Shown one piece after another: positions 29,993 through 38,731 of a stretch of DNA of 64,000 bases. Position 1 is the stretch's first letter, and each line of letters opens with the position of its first letter. This stretch comes from an uncultured Actinomycetota bacterium (GTDB lineage: Bacteria; Actinomycetota; Actinomycetes; Mycobacteriales; Nakamurellaceae). Location: assembly GCA_963844455.1 (NCBI GenBank), contig CAWJOH010000015.1, forward strand, positions 265,210 through 329,209, in the 5' to 3' direction. Both the position numbers and the translations under genes were made by a program. Below the pieces are notes generated by a model. The model saw only the letters and a program-made list of their open reading frames with translations. It was not told the origin of the DNA and ran no database searches.

Positions 29993-31525
29993 TCACACCA
30001 TGAGGCGCACGATCTCGACCTCGGCCGGTTTGGCCGACGCCGGGGCGTCGACCTCGCCGCTCACCGCGCCCTCCCGGAACACGACGATCCGGTTGGACAC
30101 GCCGACCACTTCCTCGAGCGACTCCGAGCACAGGATGATCGCCACGCCCCGCTCGGCCAAATGCCGGATCAGGGTGTAGATCTCCTCCCTGGTGCCGACG
30201 TCGATGCCGCGGGTCGGGTCGTCGAGAACCATGACGGTGCAGGACCGGTCGAGCCAGCGGGCGAAGACGACCTTCTGCTGGTTGCCGCCGCTGAGCTCGC
30301 CGACCGGGGTGTCGATCGACTCGATCTTCACCGACAGCCGGCGCACGAGCGCCTTGGCCAGCTTCCGCTCGCGGGACATCGACACCAGCCGGGTCACGCG
30401 GTTGCGCAGCATGTCCAGCATCCCGATGGAGATGTTGGCCCGCACCGAGGCGTTGCCGAACACCGAGTCGTTCGCCCGCTCCGGCGGCACGTACAGCACG
30501 CCGGCACGGATGGCCTCGGTGACGCCCCAGCGGCCGCGGCGGCGCCCCGCGACGATCAGCTCTCCCCCGGTGAGCCGGACGGCACCGGCGCACGCGGCGG
30601 CCACCTCCGACTTGCCGGAACCGACAACCCCGGCCAGCCCGACGATCTCGCCGGGTCGCACGGCCAGATCGACATCGCGGAAACGGGTCTCGCTGGTCGC
30701 ACCGCGCAGCTCGAGCACCGGTGAACCGGCCGGCACCTCCCGCTGCTCGTCCTCGCGGTAGTAGTCGACGCTGCGCTCGCGCCCGACCATGCGCTCGTGC
30801 AGCTGGCCGTCCGTGATGCCCTCGTTCACCAGATCGTCGACGACCACGCCGTCCTTGAGCACCACCATCCGGGTGCTCAGCCGGCGCACGTCGCGCAGGA
30901 TGTGGCTCACGTAGATGAACGCCGCCCGCTCGCGCCACCGGTCGATCAGGCTGAACAACACCTCCGCCTCGGACTCGCTGAGCGCGCTGGTGGGCTCGTC
31001 CAGCAGGATGATCGGGCGCGCGCCCGTCATCCCGCCGCGGACGAACGCCTTCGCGATCTCCACCTGCTGCCGCTGCGGGAACGTCAGGTCGGCGACCTGA
31101 GCGTCGGGCGCGATGAACTCCAGTCCGTCGTCGGCGAGCATCTGCCTGGCCCTGGCGATCATCGCCCGGCGCCGGACGATCCCCCGGCCGGCGAAGAGGT
31201 GCTCGATGCCCAGGAACAGGTTCTCGTAGACGCGCATGGACTCGACGAGGGCCTGCTCCTGCACCACGGTGGACACGCCGAGGTCGCCCAGCGAGCGCGC
31301 ATCGCCGAGCTGCGCCGGCTGCCCGTACACCGTCAGCTCACCCTCGTCGGGACGGATGTTGCCGGCCAGGATCCCGATCAGAGTGGACTTCCCGGCGCCG
31401 TTCTCGCCGACGAGCCCGACGACCTCGCCCTGATCGACGGTCAACGACACGTTCCGCAACGCACGGACCGCGCCGTAGGTCTTGGAGATGCCGGACAGCC
31501 GAATGGCCTGGGTCGCCGTCTCCAC
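29993..31525 (-). CDS. Sugar-type (RbsA family) double ABC ATPase
   Basis: GENGAGKST, LLDEPT, LSGGNQQK, PTRGIDVG. Confidence 0.94.
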   Translation of the reverse strand: METATQAIRLSGISKTYGAVRALRNVSLTVDQGEVVGLVGENGAGKSTLIGILAGNIRPDEGELTVYGQPAQLGDARSLGDLGVSTVVQEQALVESMRVYENLFLGIEHLFAGRGIVRRRAMIARARQMLADDGLEFIAPDAQVADLTFPQRQQVEIAKAFVRGGMTGARPIILLDEPTSALSESEAEVLFSLIDRWRERAAFIYVSHILRDVRRLSTRMVVLKDGVVVDDLVNEGITDGQLHERMVGRERSVDYYREDEQREVPAGSPVLELRGATSETRFRDVDLAVRPGEIVGLAGVVGSGKSEVAAACAGAVRLTGGELIVAGRRRGRWGVTEAIRAGVLYVPPERANDSVFGNASVRANISIGMLDMLRNRVTRLVSMSRERKLAKALVRRLSVKIESIDTPVGELSGGNQQKVVFARWLDRSCTVMVLDDPTRGIDVGTREEIYTLIRHLAERGVAIILCSESLEEVVGVSNRIVVFREGAVSGEVDAPASAKPAEVEIVRLMV

Positions 31526-31556
31526 GGGCCTCCCTCGTCGGTCGCGATTGTCGTCG

Positions 31557-31601
31557 GGCGCGGTTCTCGTCGGCGCGGTACTCGTCGGCGCGGTTCTCGG
31601 C
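31557..31601. repeat. Three copies of a 15-bp tandem repeat in the SBP-ATPase spacer
   Basis: GGCGCGGTTCTCGTC / GGCGCGGTACTCGTC / GGCGCGGTTCTCGGC. Confidence 0.85.
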
Positions 31602-31658
31602 GGGGACGATGCGCCGGCTGCGCGCCCCGCCCCGGTCGTTCGGGCGGGTCGGCCCGGG

Positions 31659-32996
31659 CTAGGCGACCATCGTGCCCTTGTAATCGAACAGCGGGCCGGA
31701 CTTGAACGCGTCCTTGTACGTCGTGGCCACGGTGGTGATCTCCGACGACGCCTGCTCCCACGCCGAATTCAGTTGGTACTGGTCCGGGGTCATACCCTCG
31801 AAGAACGTCGCAGGGTCGATCGGGTTCAGCAGGGTCTGCGGGTCCCAGTCGTCCGGGTGCAGCGCCTGGCTCATCTTCTCCCAGTCGAACGGGAGAGTCG
31901 GGCCGTACACGCTGTCCAGGAACTGCTGCGCCGTGTCCTCGGTGACCATGACCGCGCCCTGGAAGACGAACCGCGCCGGCAGCGGGAACTGCACGCCGTT
32001 CAGCGCGTCGAACACGGCGATGCCGACGATCGCGCTGGTGAGTCCGCCGATGGTGGCGCTGGTGGTGAGCTGCTTGCCCTGCGCGATGTACTCGATGTTC
32101 TGCTTGTTGCCGTCGAAGCCGGTGACCACCTTGCCGGTGATGCCCTGCGCGTCCAGCACGGCGATGACACCCGTTGCCTCGCTGTCGTTCTGGGCGAACA
32201 CACCCTTGAAGTCGCCGATCGACGGCAGGGCGTTGGCGAACGACTTGCGCGCGTCCTCCGACGTCCAGTTGCCGGGTGCGGTCTCGACGATGGTGATGTT
32301 CGGGAAGTTCTTCAGCGCGAGATTCATGCCGGCGGTGCGCTGGTCGTCGGCCGACGAGCCCTTCTGCCCCGGCACGTGCACGACGGTGCCCTCACCGCCG
32401 ACGGCCTCGAACAGCGCCGTGGCGGTCGCCTCCGCGACCTTCACCGAGGCGGGCGTCACGAACCGGACCCAGTGCTCCGCGTCCGCGGGCGTGTAGAACG
32501 GCGGCGCGGTGTACGCGCTGCCGTAGTAGATCCCGGCCTCGTCGCACGCCTTGATGATCGCGGCGGCCTCCGCCTCGGTGGCCGGGGTTCCGAAGATCTG
32601 TTGCCCACCGGCGGTCTTCACGTTGCCGATCTGGGACAGCGCGTCGTTCACGTTGCCGTTGTCCTCGACCGTGCCGAGTTCGAGACCCAGCGCGCTGGAC
32701 CACTGCTTGGCGCCGTCGTTGAACGCCACGAAGAAGTCATTGGTCAGCGTGGTGATCTGGCTGGTCGTCTTGCCGCGGGTGATGGTTCCACCGGCCCCCG
32801 CTGACGCGGTGCCGCCCGACGACGCGGCCGACGAGGCCGACGACGATGCGCCGCCGCCGTCCGACGATCCGCAGGCGGCGAGCGCCACACCGATCCCCGC
32901 CGCTCCCAGGACCGACAGAAATGCTCGGCGGCCCATGGGGTGTCCGAAATCCGTGGTCCGCGCGATGTCGACGAGCTTGGACTCTACCGATGCCAC
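31659..32996 (-). CDS. Tat-exported lipoprotein substrate-binding protein (periplasmic-binding fold I) with C-terminal extension
   Basis: GRRAFL twin-arginine motif, LAAC lipobox, NDFF, FAQNDSEATG, TGFDG; start may be 32936. Confidence 0.88.
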   Translation of the reverse strand: MASVESKLVDIARTTDFGHPMGRRAFLSVLGAAGIGVALAACGSSDGGGASSSASSAASSGGTASAGAGGTITRGKTTSQITTLTNDFFVAFNDGAKQWSSALGLELGTVEDNGNVNDALSQIGNVKTAGGQQIFGTPATEAEAAAIIKACDEAGIYYGSAYTAPPFYTPADAEHWVRFVTPASVKVAEATATALFEAVGGEGTVVHVPGQKGSSADDQRTAGMNLALKNFPNITIVETAPGNWTSEDARKSFANALPSIGDFKGVFAQNDSEATGVIAVLDAQGITGKVVTGFDGNKQNIEYIAQGKQLTTSATIGGLTSAIVGIAVFDALNGVQFPLPARFVFQGAVMVTEDTAQQFLDSVYGPTLPFDWEKMSQALHPDDWDPQTLLNPIDPATFFEGMTPDQYQLNSAWEQASSEITTVATTYKDAFKSGPLFDYKGTMVA

Positions 32997-33103
32997 CGGG
33001 TTGGCTCACCTTCTGTGAGACCCATCGGGCACGCGCACCACCGGCAGGACGTCGGCTGGCCCACGACGGGTGCGGGACTTGTGCGGCCGACTCTAGGAAG
33101 GGC

Positions 33104-33117
33104 AGCATACGATTGCA
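33104..33117. promoter_or_regulatory. Putative LacI-family operator
   Basis: AGCATACGATTGCA, CG-centred near-palindrome between the divergent SBP and LacI genes. Confidence 0.6.
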
Positions 33118-33222
33118 AGAGGGTTACCATCCGATTTACCAACGAGTCCCAAATGTTACGTCCGGCCCCGGCCGTCTCGCCGCGGGAGGATATCGCCGAC
33201 CGCGCGTCGGGAGGGGGTCGGC

Positions 33223-34257
33223 GTGACCGATATGACCATGAGCGAGCTGGCGGCCTCGCTCGGCCTGAACCAGTCGACGGTGTCGCGCGCGCTCGACCCC
33301 AGCAAGTCGCATCTCGTCGCCGAGGCGACGCGGCTGCGCGTGCTGCGCGCGGCCGCGGAGGCGAGGTTCACGCCGAACCCGTCGGCGGTCGGGCTGCGCC
33401 GTCGCAAGACGCTCACGGTCGGGCTGCTCGTCCCCGACCTGCGCAACGGCACGCTCGTCGACGTGGTGCGCGCGATCACCGGAGTGCTGGACCAGAACGA
33501 CCAGACCGCGCTGATCGCCGAGTCGATGGACGACCCACAGCGAACGGGAAGGCTGCTGGAACGCTTTCGCGCGCGGCGGGTGGACGCCGTGATCAACCTG
33601 GCCGCGCTGGAGACCGATCGCCCCGCGCTGGCCCAGCTGGCCCGCTCCGTGCCGGTCGTGCTGGCCGTGCGCCGGCTCGACGGGATGGGGCTGCCCAACG
33701 TCGCGGGCGACGATCTGCACGGCGGCTGGCTGGTCGGTCATCACCTCGCCGACCTCGGACACACCCGGATCGCCCAGATCGCCGGCCCGCTGCAATCGGG
33801 GACGTTCTCGCTGCGCGCCCACGGGTTCGCGCTGGCCTGCGCCGAGCGGGGCGTGGACGTCATCGCGGCGTCGGCCGCGCACGCCACCGTGGCCGAGGGC
33901 CGGACGGCGCTCAGCGGCATCCTGGCGTCGCCGCGCGACCGGCCGACCGCGTTGTTCGCGCACAACGACGAGCTCGCCATCGGCGCCTTCGAGTGCCTGC
34001 GTGAGATGGGACTGCGCTGCCCATCCGACATGTCGGTGGTCGGCTACAACAACACGCCGCTCGGCCGCGACCTGGCGGTGCCGCTGACCTCGGTGCAGTG
34101 GCCCGCCACCGATGTCGGCCGGCGGGCCGGCTATCTGGCCTTGCAGCTCATCGAGGGCGCCCCGGCGACCGACAGCGTCGAGCTGTTCGAGCCGGAGCTG
34201 GTGCAGCGCACGTCCTCCGCGCCGCCCGGGTCCGAGGGCGGGGCGATCTGGCGCTGA
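33223..34257 (+). CDS. LacI-family transcriptional regulator
   Basis: TMSELAASLGLNQSTVSRAL HTH, PNPSAVGL, LGHTRIA, HNDELAIG, SVVGYNN, LTSV. Confidence 0.93.
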   Translation: MTDMTMSELAASLGLNQSTVSRALDPSKSHLVAEATRLRVLRAAAEARFTPNPSAVGLRRRKTLTVGLLVPDLRNGTLVDVVRAITGVLDQNDQTALIAESMDDPQRTGRLLERFRARRVDAVINLAALETDRPALAQLARSVPVVLAVRRLDGMGLPNVAGDDLHGGWLVGHHLADLGHTRIAQIAGPLQSGTFSLRAHGFALACAERGVDVIAASAAHATVAEGRTALSGILASPRDRPTALFAHNDELAIGAFECLREMGLRCPSDMSVVGYNNTPLGRDLAVPLTSVQWPATDVGRRAGYLALQLIEGAPATDSVELFEPELVQRTSSAPPGSEGGAIWR

Positions 34258-34325
34258 CGGTGCCCGGCGGTCCGCGCTGCACGTGGGTCGACCGGGATTC
34301 GGCGTGGCCCCGCGTCGGCTCCGGG

Positions 34326-35246
34326 CTACGCCGGATTGAGATGCTCGACGAACCACTCCGTCGCAGCGGCAGCCGCGCGTTGCAGCTTGCTCTGGTCGCT
34401 GTACAGCGTCATGTGCGTGGTGTGCGGCAGCACGGTCAGCTTCTTGTCGGCGACGGGAAGCGCGTTGTAGGCGCCGATCTCGAGGTCCCACAGGGTCAGG
34501 TCGTCGCCCTCGGCGACGATCATCAGCGTCGGCGTGTCCAGCACCCTCGAGACGAAGGGCATGACGTCGTAGTTCAGCAGCAGGTCGACGGACTCGACGG
34601 TGCTGCTGTTCTCGTACAGCGGCGCCTCGGACTCCTTGAGGGCCTTGAAGGTGTGGTACGTCTCCGGGAACGGCCACGACGAGATCTCGGTCTCCGGCGT
34701 GGGCGAGGCGTGCGGCAGGAACAGCCGCTTCGCCGAGTCCTCGTACCGGATGGCGCGGTCCTCGAGGATCGTCTGCCACAGCCGGCGGTAGCCCATGGTG
34801 CCGTGCACGCGGCGCATGTTCCGGTAGCCGTCCACCACCGGGATCTGGCTGACGATCACCTTCACCCTGGGGTCGGTCGCGGCCAGCACCAGCACGTGGC
34901 CGCCCGAATACGAGATGCCCCAGGCGCCCAGCCGTTCGCCATCCACGTCGTCGCGGCGCTCGAGGAAACTCAGCGCGTTCTGGTAGTCGCGGATCTGCGC
35001 CCACGGGTCCAGGTGCTGCCGCGGCTCGCCGTCCGAGACGCCGAGGTTGCGGTAGTCGAAGACGAGTGCCGCGATGCCGACGTCGGCGAACGCCTCGGCG
35101 TAGTACGGCATGACGAGCTCGCGCACGTAGCACCAGCCGCCGGCCAGCACCACGGTCGGGAACGGGCCCGTCCCGGTGTCCGGCTTGTACATCCAGCCCC
35201 GGACGACGGTGCCCTCGCTCAAGAACTCGACATCTTCACGCGACAA
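34326..35246 (-). CDS. Alpha/beta-fold hydrolase (S15/AidA-like) of unknown substrate
   Basis: FDYRNLGVSDGEPR, nucleophile elbow WGISYSGGH, distal D (AEGDD) and H (TTH). Confidence 0.85.
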   Translation of the reverse strand: MSREDVEFLSEGTVVRGWMYKPDTGTGPFPTVVLAGGWCYVRELVMPYYAEAFADVGIAALVFDYRNLGVSDGEPRQHLDPWAQIRDYQNALSFLERRDDVDGERLGAWGISYSGGHVLVLAATDPRVKVIVSQIPVVDGYRNMRRVHGTMGYRRLWQTILEDRAIRYEDSAKRLFLPHASPTPETEISSWPFPETYHTFKALKESEAPLYENSSTVESVDLLLNYDVMPFVSRVLDTPTLMIVAEGDDLTLWDLEIGAYNALPVADKKLTVLPHTTHMTLYSDQSKLQRAAAAATEWFVEHLNPA

Positions 35247-35258
35247 GTCGGCCTCCCC

Positions 35259-35272
35259 AACAATCGATTGCA
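35259..35272. promoter_or_regulatory. Putative LacI-family operator upstream of the hydrolase
   Basis: AACAATCGATTGCA with perfect core CAATCGATTG; shares CGATTGCA with the 33104 site. Confidence 0.65.
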
Positions 35273-35335
35273 GTGGAGGGTAGACCAGACGTCAACACCG
35301 CGGGAAGCGAGGCGCCGCCGGCGGCCGCGGCCGGA

Positions 35336-35656
35336 TCACGCCAGCAGCGGGGCGATCTCGGCCTCGATGACGTCGACGCGCTTGACGCCGGTGATGCGGT
35401 GGATCTCCTTGCCGTCCCGGAACAGCGCGAGCGTCGGCACCGACATCACGCCGAGTCGCTGCGCGGCGGCCTGGTCGATCTCGACGTCCACCTTGGCCAC
35501 CCGGACGTCGCCGTCCAGCCGGATCGCGAGGTTCTCCACCGTGCGCTCCAGCAGCCGGCAGCTGCCGCACCACGGCGCCCAGAAGTCCAGGAGCACAGGC
35601 GCTCCCGCGTCGACGGCGGATTCGATGTCGTCTCCGGTCAGGCTCTCCACAGGCAT
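35336..35656 (-). CDS. Thioredoxin (WCGSC variant)
   Basis: LDFWAPWCGSC, KVDVE, MSVPTL. Confidence 0.9.
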   Translation of the reverse strand: MPVESLTGDDIESAVDAGAPVLLDFWAPWCGSCRLLERTVENLAIRLDGDVRVAKVDVEIDQAAAQRLGVMSVPTLALFRDGKEIHRITGVKRVDVIEAEIAPLLA

Positions 35657-35668
35657 CAGGGCGCCCCG

Positions 35669-36157
35669 TCAGCCCGTGGCCACGAATTCGGCGTAGCCCT
35701 TGACCTCTTCGGTGTTCGCAGGGTCGATCTTCATGATCGCTCCGTAGATGTTGGAGCCGAGCTTGAAGCAGATCCAGGTCAGCAGCTCGACGATCTCCTC
35801 GTCGGTGAAGACCTCGCGCAGCGCCTCGAAGGTCGACTCGTCGACCTGGTGGTGATCGGTGGCGATCAGGTCGGCCACGGCCACGGCCACGGCCTCGCGC
35901 GCGTCCGGGTGTTCCTCCTTGGGCACGCCGAGGGATGCGCAGAACCGGCACCCGGCACCCTGCGCCAGCGTGCGCCGCGCCTCCTCCTTGATGTGGTTGT
36001 CGACCACGGACGTCGGGCCGAAGAACACCTTGTCCAGCGCGTTCCACGCCTCGAGGATCTGGGGACGCCGGGCGATCAGGTTGTAATACCGATCGGTGGC
36101 CAGCGCGGCGGTGGGGCCGGTCAGGGAGTCGGGATCGATCCACGGCAGACGCGACAT
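35669..36157 (-). CDS. AhpD/carboxymuconolactone-decarboxylase-like protein
   Basis: KE..R..LA..GCRFC motif, FEALREVFTDEEIVEL; ATG after GGAGG. Confidence 0.8.
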   Translation of the reverse strand: MSRLPWIDPDSLTGPTAALATDRYYNLIARRPQILEAWNALDKVFFGPTSVVDNHIKEEARRTLAQGAGCRFCASLGVPKEEHPDAREAVAVAVADLIATDHHQVDESTFEALREVFTDEEIVELLTWICFKLGSNIYGAIMKIDPANTEEVKGYAEFVATG

Positions 36158-36389
36158 CGGGCAGCCTCCTGGCGAGGGGATTGTTCGGCCAATGCTGCGC
36201 ACTCCCCAGGCCCCGTGTCAAGCGTTAGTTAACACACTGTCTGCTAGAGCTTGACAGGCGCGCGCCTCTCCGGGTCCCCTCCCCCGGCGGGCACGTCGAC
36301 CGACGGTTCTGCGGACCCCGGCGCGCGCACACCTGCGCCGCCACTCGTCGGACGCCGCCACCCGGTCGTGCGCCGGCGATCCGGACGGG

Positions 36390-37694
36390 CTACGGCGACG
36401 CCACGTGACGGGCGGCGCACCGGGCCGCCCGGTCCTGCATCGTCGCGCGCTCGACGCTGTTCCGGGTGATCGCCGCCGCGCGCAGGAAGTGCTCGCGCGC
36501 CCGCTCGTGCTCGCCGGAGCGGCACAACAGATCGCCGGCGACCGCGGGCAGCAGGTGGTAGTTCCGCATCCCCGGGACGTCGAACAGCGGCAGCACGATC
36601 GTCAGGCCGGCCTCCGGTCCGAACGCCTGCGCGGTCGCCACCCCGCGGTTGAGCTCGACGACCGGCGAGGGGCTGATCCGGGCCAGACCGTCGTAGAGCG
36701 CGGCGATCCGTTCCCAGTCGGTGTCCTCGGCGACCGTGGCCCGCGCATGACAGGCCGCGATCGCCGCCTGCAGCGCGTACGGTCCGACGGTGCCGCCGAG
36801 CCGGTCGATCCGGTCGATGTTCGCCAGCCCGCGCTGGATCAGCAGGCGGTCCCAGCGGGTCCGGTCCTGGTCGAGCAGGAGCACGGGCCGTCCGTCCGGC
36901 CCGGTGCGGGCCGCCAACCGCGAGGCCTGGATCTCGATCAGCGCCAGCAGTCCCAGCGTCTCGGTGTCGGACGGCGTCAGGGCCGCCAGCATCCGGCCGA
37001 GCCGGAGCGCCTCCGCGCACAGGTCGCTGCGGATCCACCGGTCGCCGCTGGTCGCCGAGTGACCCTCGTTGAAGACCAGGTAGACGACCTCTCGCACGGC
37101 GTCGAGTCGAGCGGGTCGGTCGTGGTCCGCGGGCAGCTCGAACCGCACCCTGGCCGCCGCGAGCGTGCGCTTGGCCCGGACGATGCGCTGGGCGATCGTG
37201 GCCGCCGGCGTCAGGAACGCGCGGGCGACGTCCTCGGTGCTCAGGCCGCAGACGATCTTGAGCGTCAGCGCGGACCGCGCGTCGGGCGACAGGACGGGAT
37301 GGCATGCCATGAAGATCAAACCGAGGAGGTCGTCCGCGAGGTCGCCGTCGACGATCTCGTCGATGCCGAGCTCCTGCGCCGGCGGCTGCGAGGCCGCGAC
37401 GAGGTGGTACTTGCCGCGCTGGGTGTCGCGGCGGCGGATGCGGTCGACGGCGACAAACCGTGCCGTCGTGTTGAGCCAGGCAGCCGGGTTGTCCGGCACC
37501 CCGTCCCGCCGCCACTTCTCGATCGCCGACACGAAGACGTCCTGAGTGACCTCCTCGGCGAGGTCGAGGTCCCCGAGCCGGCGCGTCAGCCGCGCGATCA
37601 CCCGGGGGGACTCGACGCGCCACAGAGTCGCCACCCGGCGGTCGACCTCGTCCCCGGAGGGCGGTCGAGCGGGCGTCTCGCGATGGCCGGTCAC
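36390..37694 (-). CDS. ECF42-type sigma factor with C-terminal TPR extension
   Basis: LAEEVTQD, PDNPAAWL, LIFMACHP, AQRIVRAK, YLVFNEG, QDRTRWDR, GPYALQAAIAACH, SPVVELNR. Confidence 0.9.
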   Translation of the reverse strand: MTGHRETPARPPSGDEVDRRVATLWRVESPRVIARLTRRLGDLDLAEEVTQDVFVSAIEKWRRDGVPDNPAAWLNTTARFVAVDRIRRRDTQRGKYHLVAASQPPAQELGIDEIVDGDLADDLLGLIFMACHPVLSPDARSALTLKIVCGLSTEDVARAFLTPAATIAQRIVRAKRTLAAARVRFELPADHDRPARLDAVREVVYLVFNEGHSATSGDRWIRSDLCAEALRLGRMLAALTPSDTETLGLLALIEIQASRLAARTGPDGRPVLLLDQDRTRWDRLLIQRGLANIDRIDRLGGTVGPYALQAAIAACHARATVAEDTDWERIAALYDGLARISPSPVVELNRGVATAQAFGPEAGLTIVLPLFDVPGMRNYHLLPAVAGDLLCRSGEHERAREHFLRAAAITRNSVERATMQDRAARCAARHVASP

Positions 37695-37717
37695 GGTGGA
37701 AGGGTCTCCGCTGCGGG

Positions 37718-38086
37718 CTATCGCGCGTCCTGCCGGAGGTCCTCGAACTCGATCACCCGGCGCACGTCGACCCGCTCCGTGCCGACGAGCAGCGCAAACC
37801 GGCGGGCGTGCTCGACGGCCTCGGCGAGCGAGTCCACCTCGAGGATCGCGAAGCCCGCGATCAACTCCTTGGCCTCGGCGAACGGCCCGTCGATGACGCG
37901 CACCGCGCCGTGCCGGACCTCGACCCGGGCGCCCTGGGCGCTGCTCGCGACGCCCTCGCCGGAGAGCAGCACCCCGGACATCGCCGCCTCCTGCATGTAC
38001 TGCCCGATGGCTGCCTGCTGCTCGGGCGACGGCAGGACGCCGTCCTCCATGTCCTGCGTCTGGTAGTGCATCACCATGTAGCGCAT
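37718..38086 (-). CDS. YciI/DGPF-family protein
   Basis: VIDGPFAEAKELIAGF; directly upstream of ECF42. Confidence 0.92.
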   Translation of the reverse strand: MRYMVMHYQTQDMEDGVLPSPEQQAAIGQYMQEAAMSGVLLSGEGVASSAQGARVEVRHGAVRVIDGPFAEAKELIAGFAILEVDSLAEAVEHARRFALLVGTERVDVRRVIEFEDLRQDAR

Positions 38087-38121
38087 GGCCGCCTCCGCGT
38101 GACGTCGGGTGGTGATCACGC

Positions 38122-38472
38122 TCAATCATTGGTGAGCCCGTTGATCCGGTCTACCACCGACCGAGGATCGTCCACGGTCAGGTACAGCCGGTCGTAGTCC
38201 TCGCCGGTCAACTCGACGACGATCGTCCGATCGGGCGCGGACACGTTCCAGAACGACTTCTCGCCGTCCCGGTGGAAGGTGCCGGCCCACTTGCCGGGGA
38301 TCTGCAACCCGGGCGCACGGATGCCCTTCGGCTCCCTGTTGGCTTCAGGATCGAACGTGGCGCCCCGGATGTGGTTGCGCGGGAACTCGAGCCGGCGGGT
38401 GAGCGACCAGAGCTTGTCCAGCCCCTGCGGTTCGACGGTCACGGTCCGGTCGGTGACGGTGACGATGTTCAT
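38122..38472 (-). CDS. Small PH-like hypothetical protein
   Basis: GIRAPGLQIPG..AGTF...F, VVELTGEDYDRL pattern; RBS GAAAGGA before the ATG. Confidence 0.7.
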   Translation of the reverse strand: MNIVTVTDRTVTVEPQGLDKLWSLTRRLEFPRNHIRGATFDPEANREPKGIRAPGLQIPGKWAGTFHRDGEKSFWNVSAPDRTIVVELTGEDYDRLYLTVDDPRSVVDRINGLTND

Positions 38473-38731
38473 GACGTGTCCTTTCCTCGGGCGCCGGTGC
38501 GCAGGGTCACGTCGATGCAGCGCGGTCCGGCAGGCGGTCTCCCGCCACGCGGCATGGATCGGCGCACTCGGCCGGTCGCTCCGCCACCGGATGTCGGACG
38601 TCGACGTCGCGAGGGACCCGATCGCCCACGTCGCCGCCACGAGTCCTTCGAGATCGACTCGAGCCCGAATCATCGAGAACACAGGATGGCCCGGGCTGGT
38701 CACGGTGCTTCGGCGCTGCCGGCTGGATCGC

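Noticed and set aside
31557-31601. Short repeats here and at 5076 and 43531 as possible CRISPR arrays
   Set aside because: Units are too short, there are no unique spacers, and no cas genes are present
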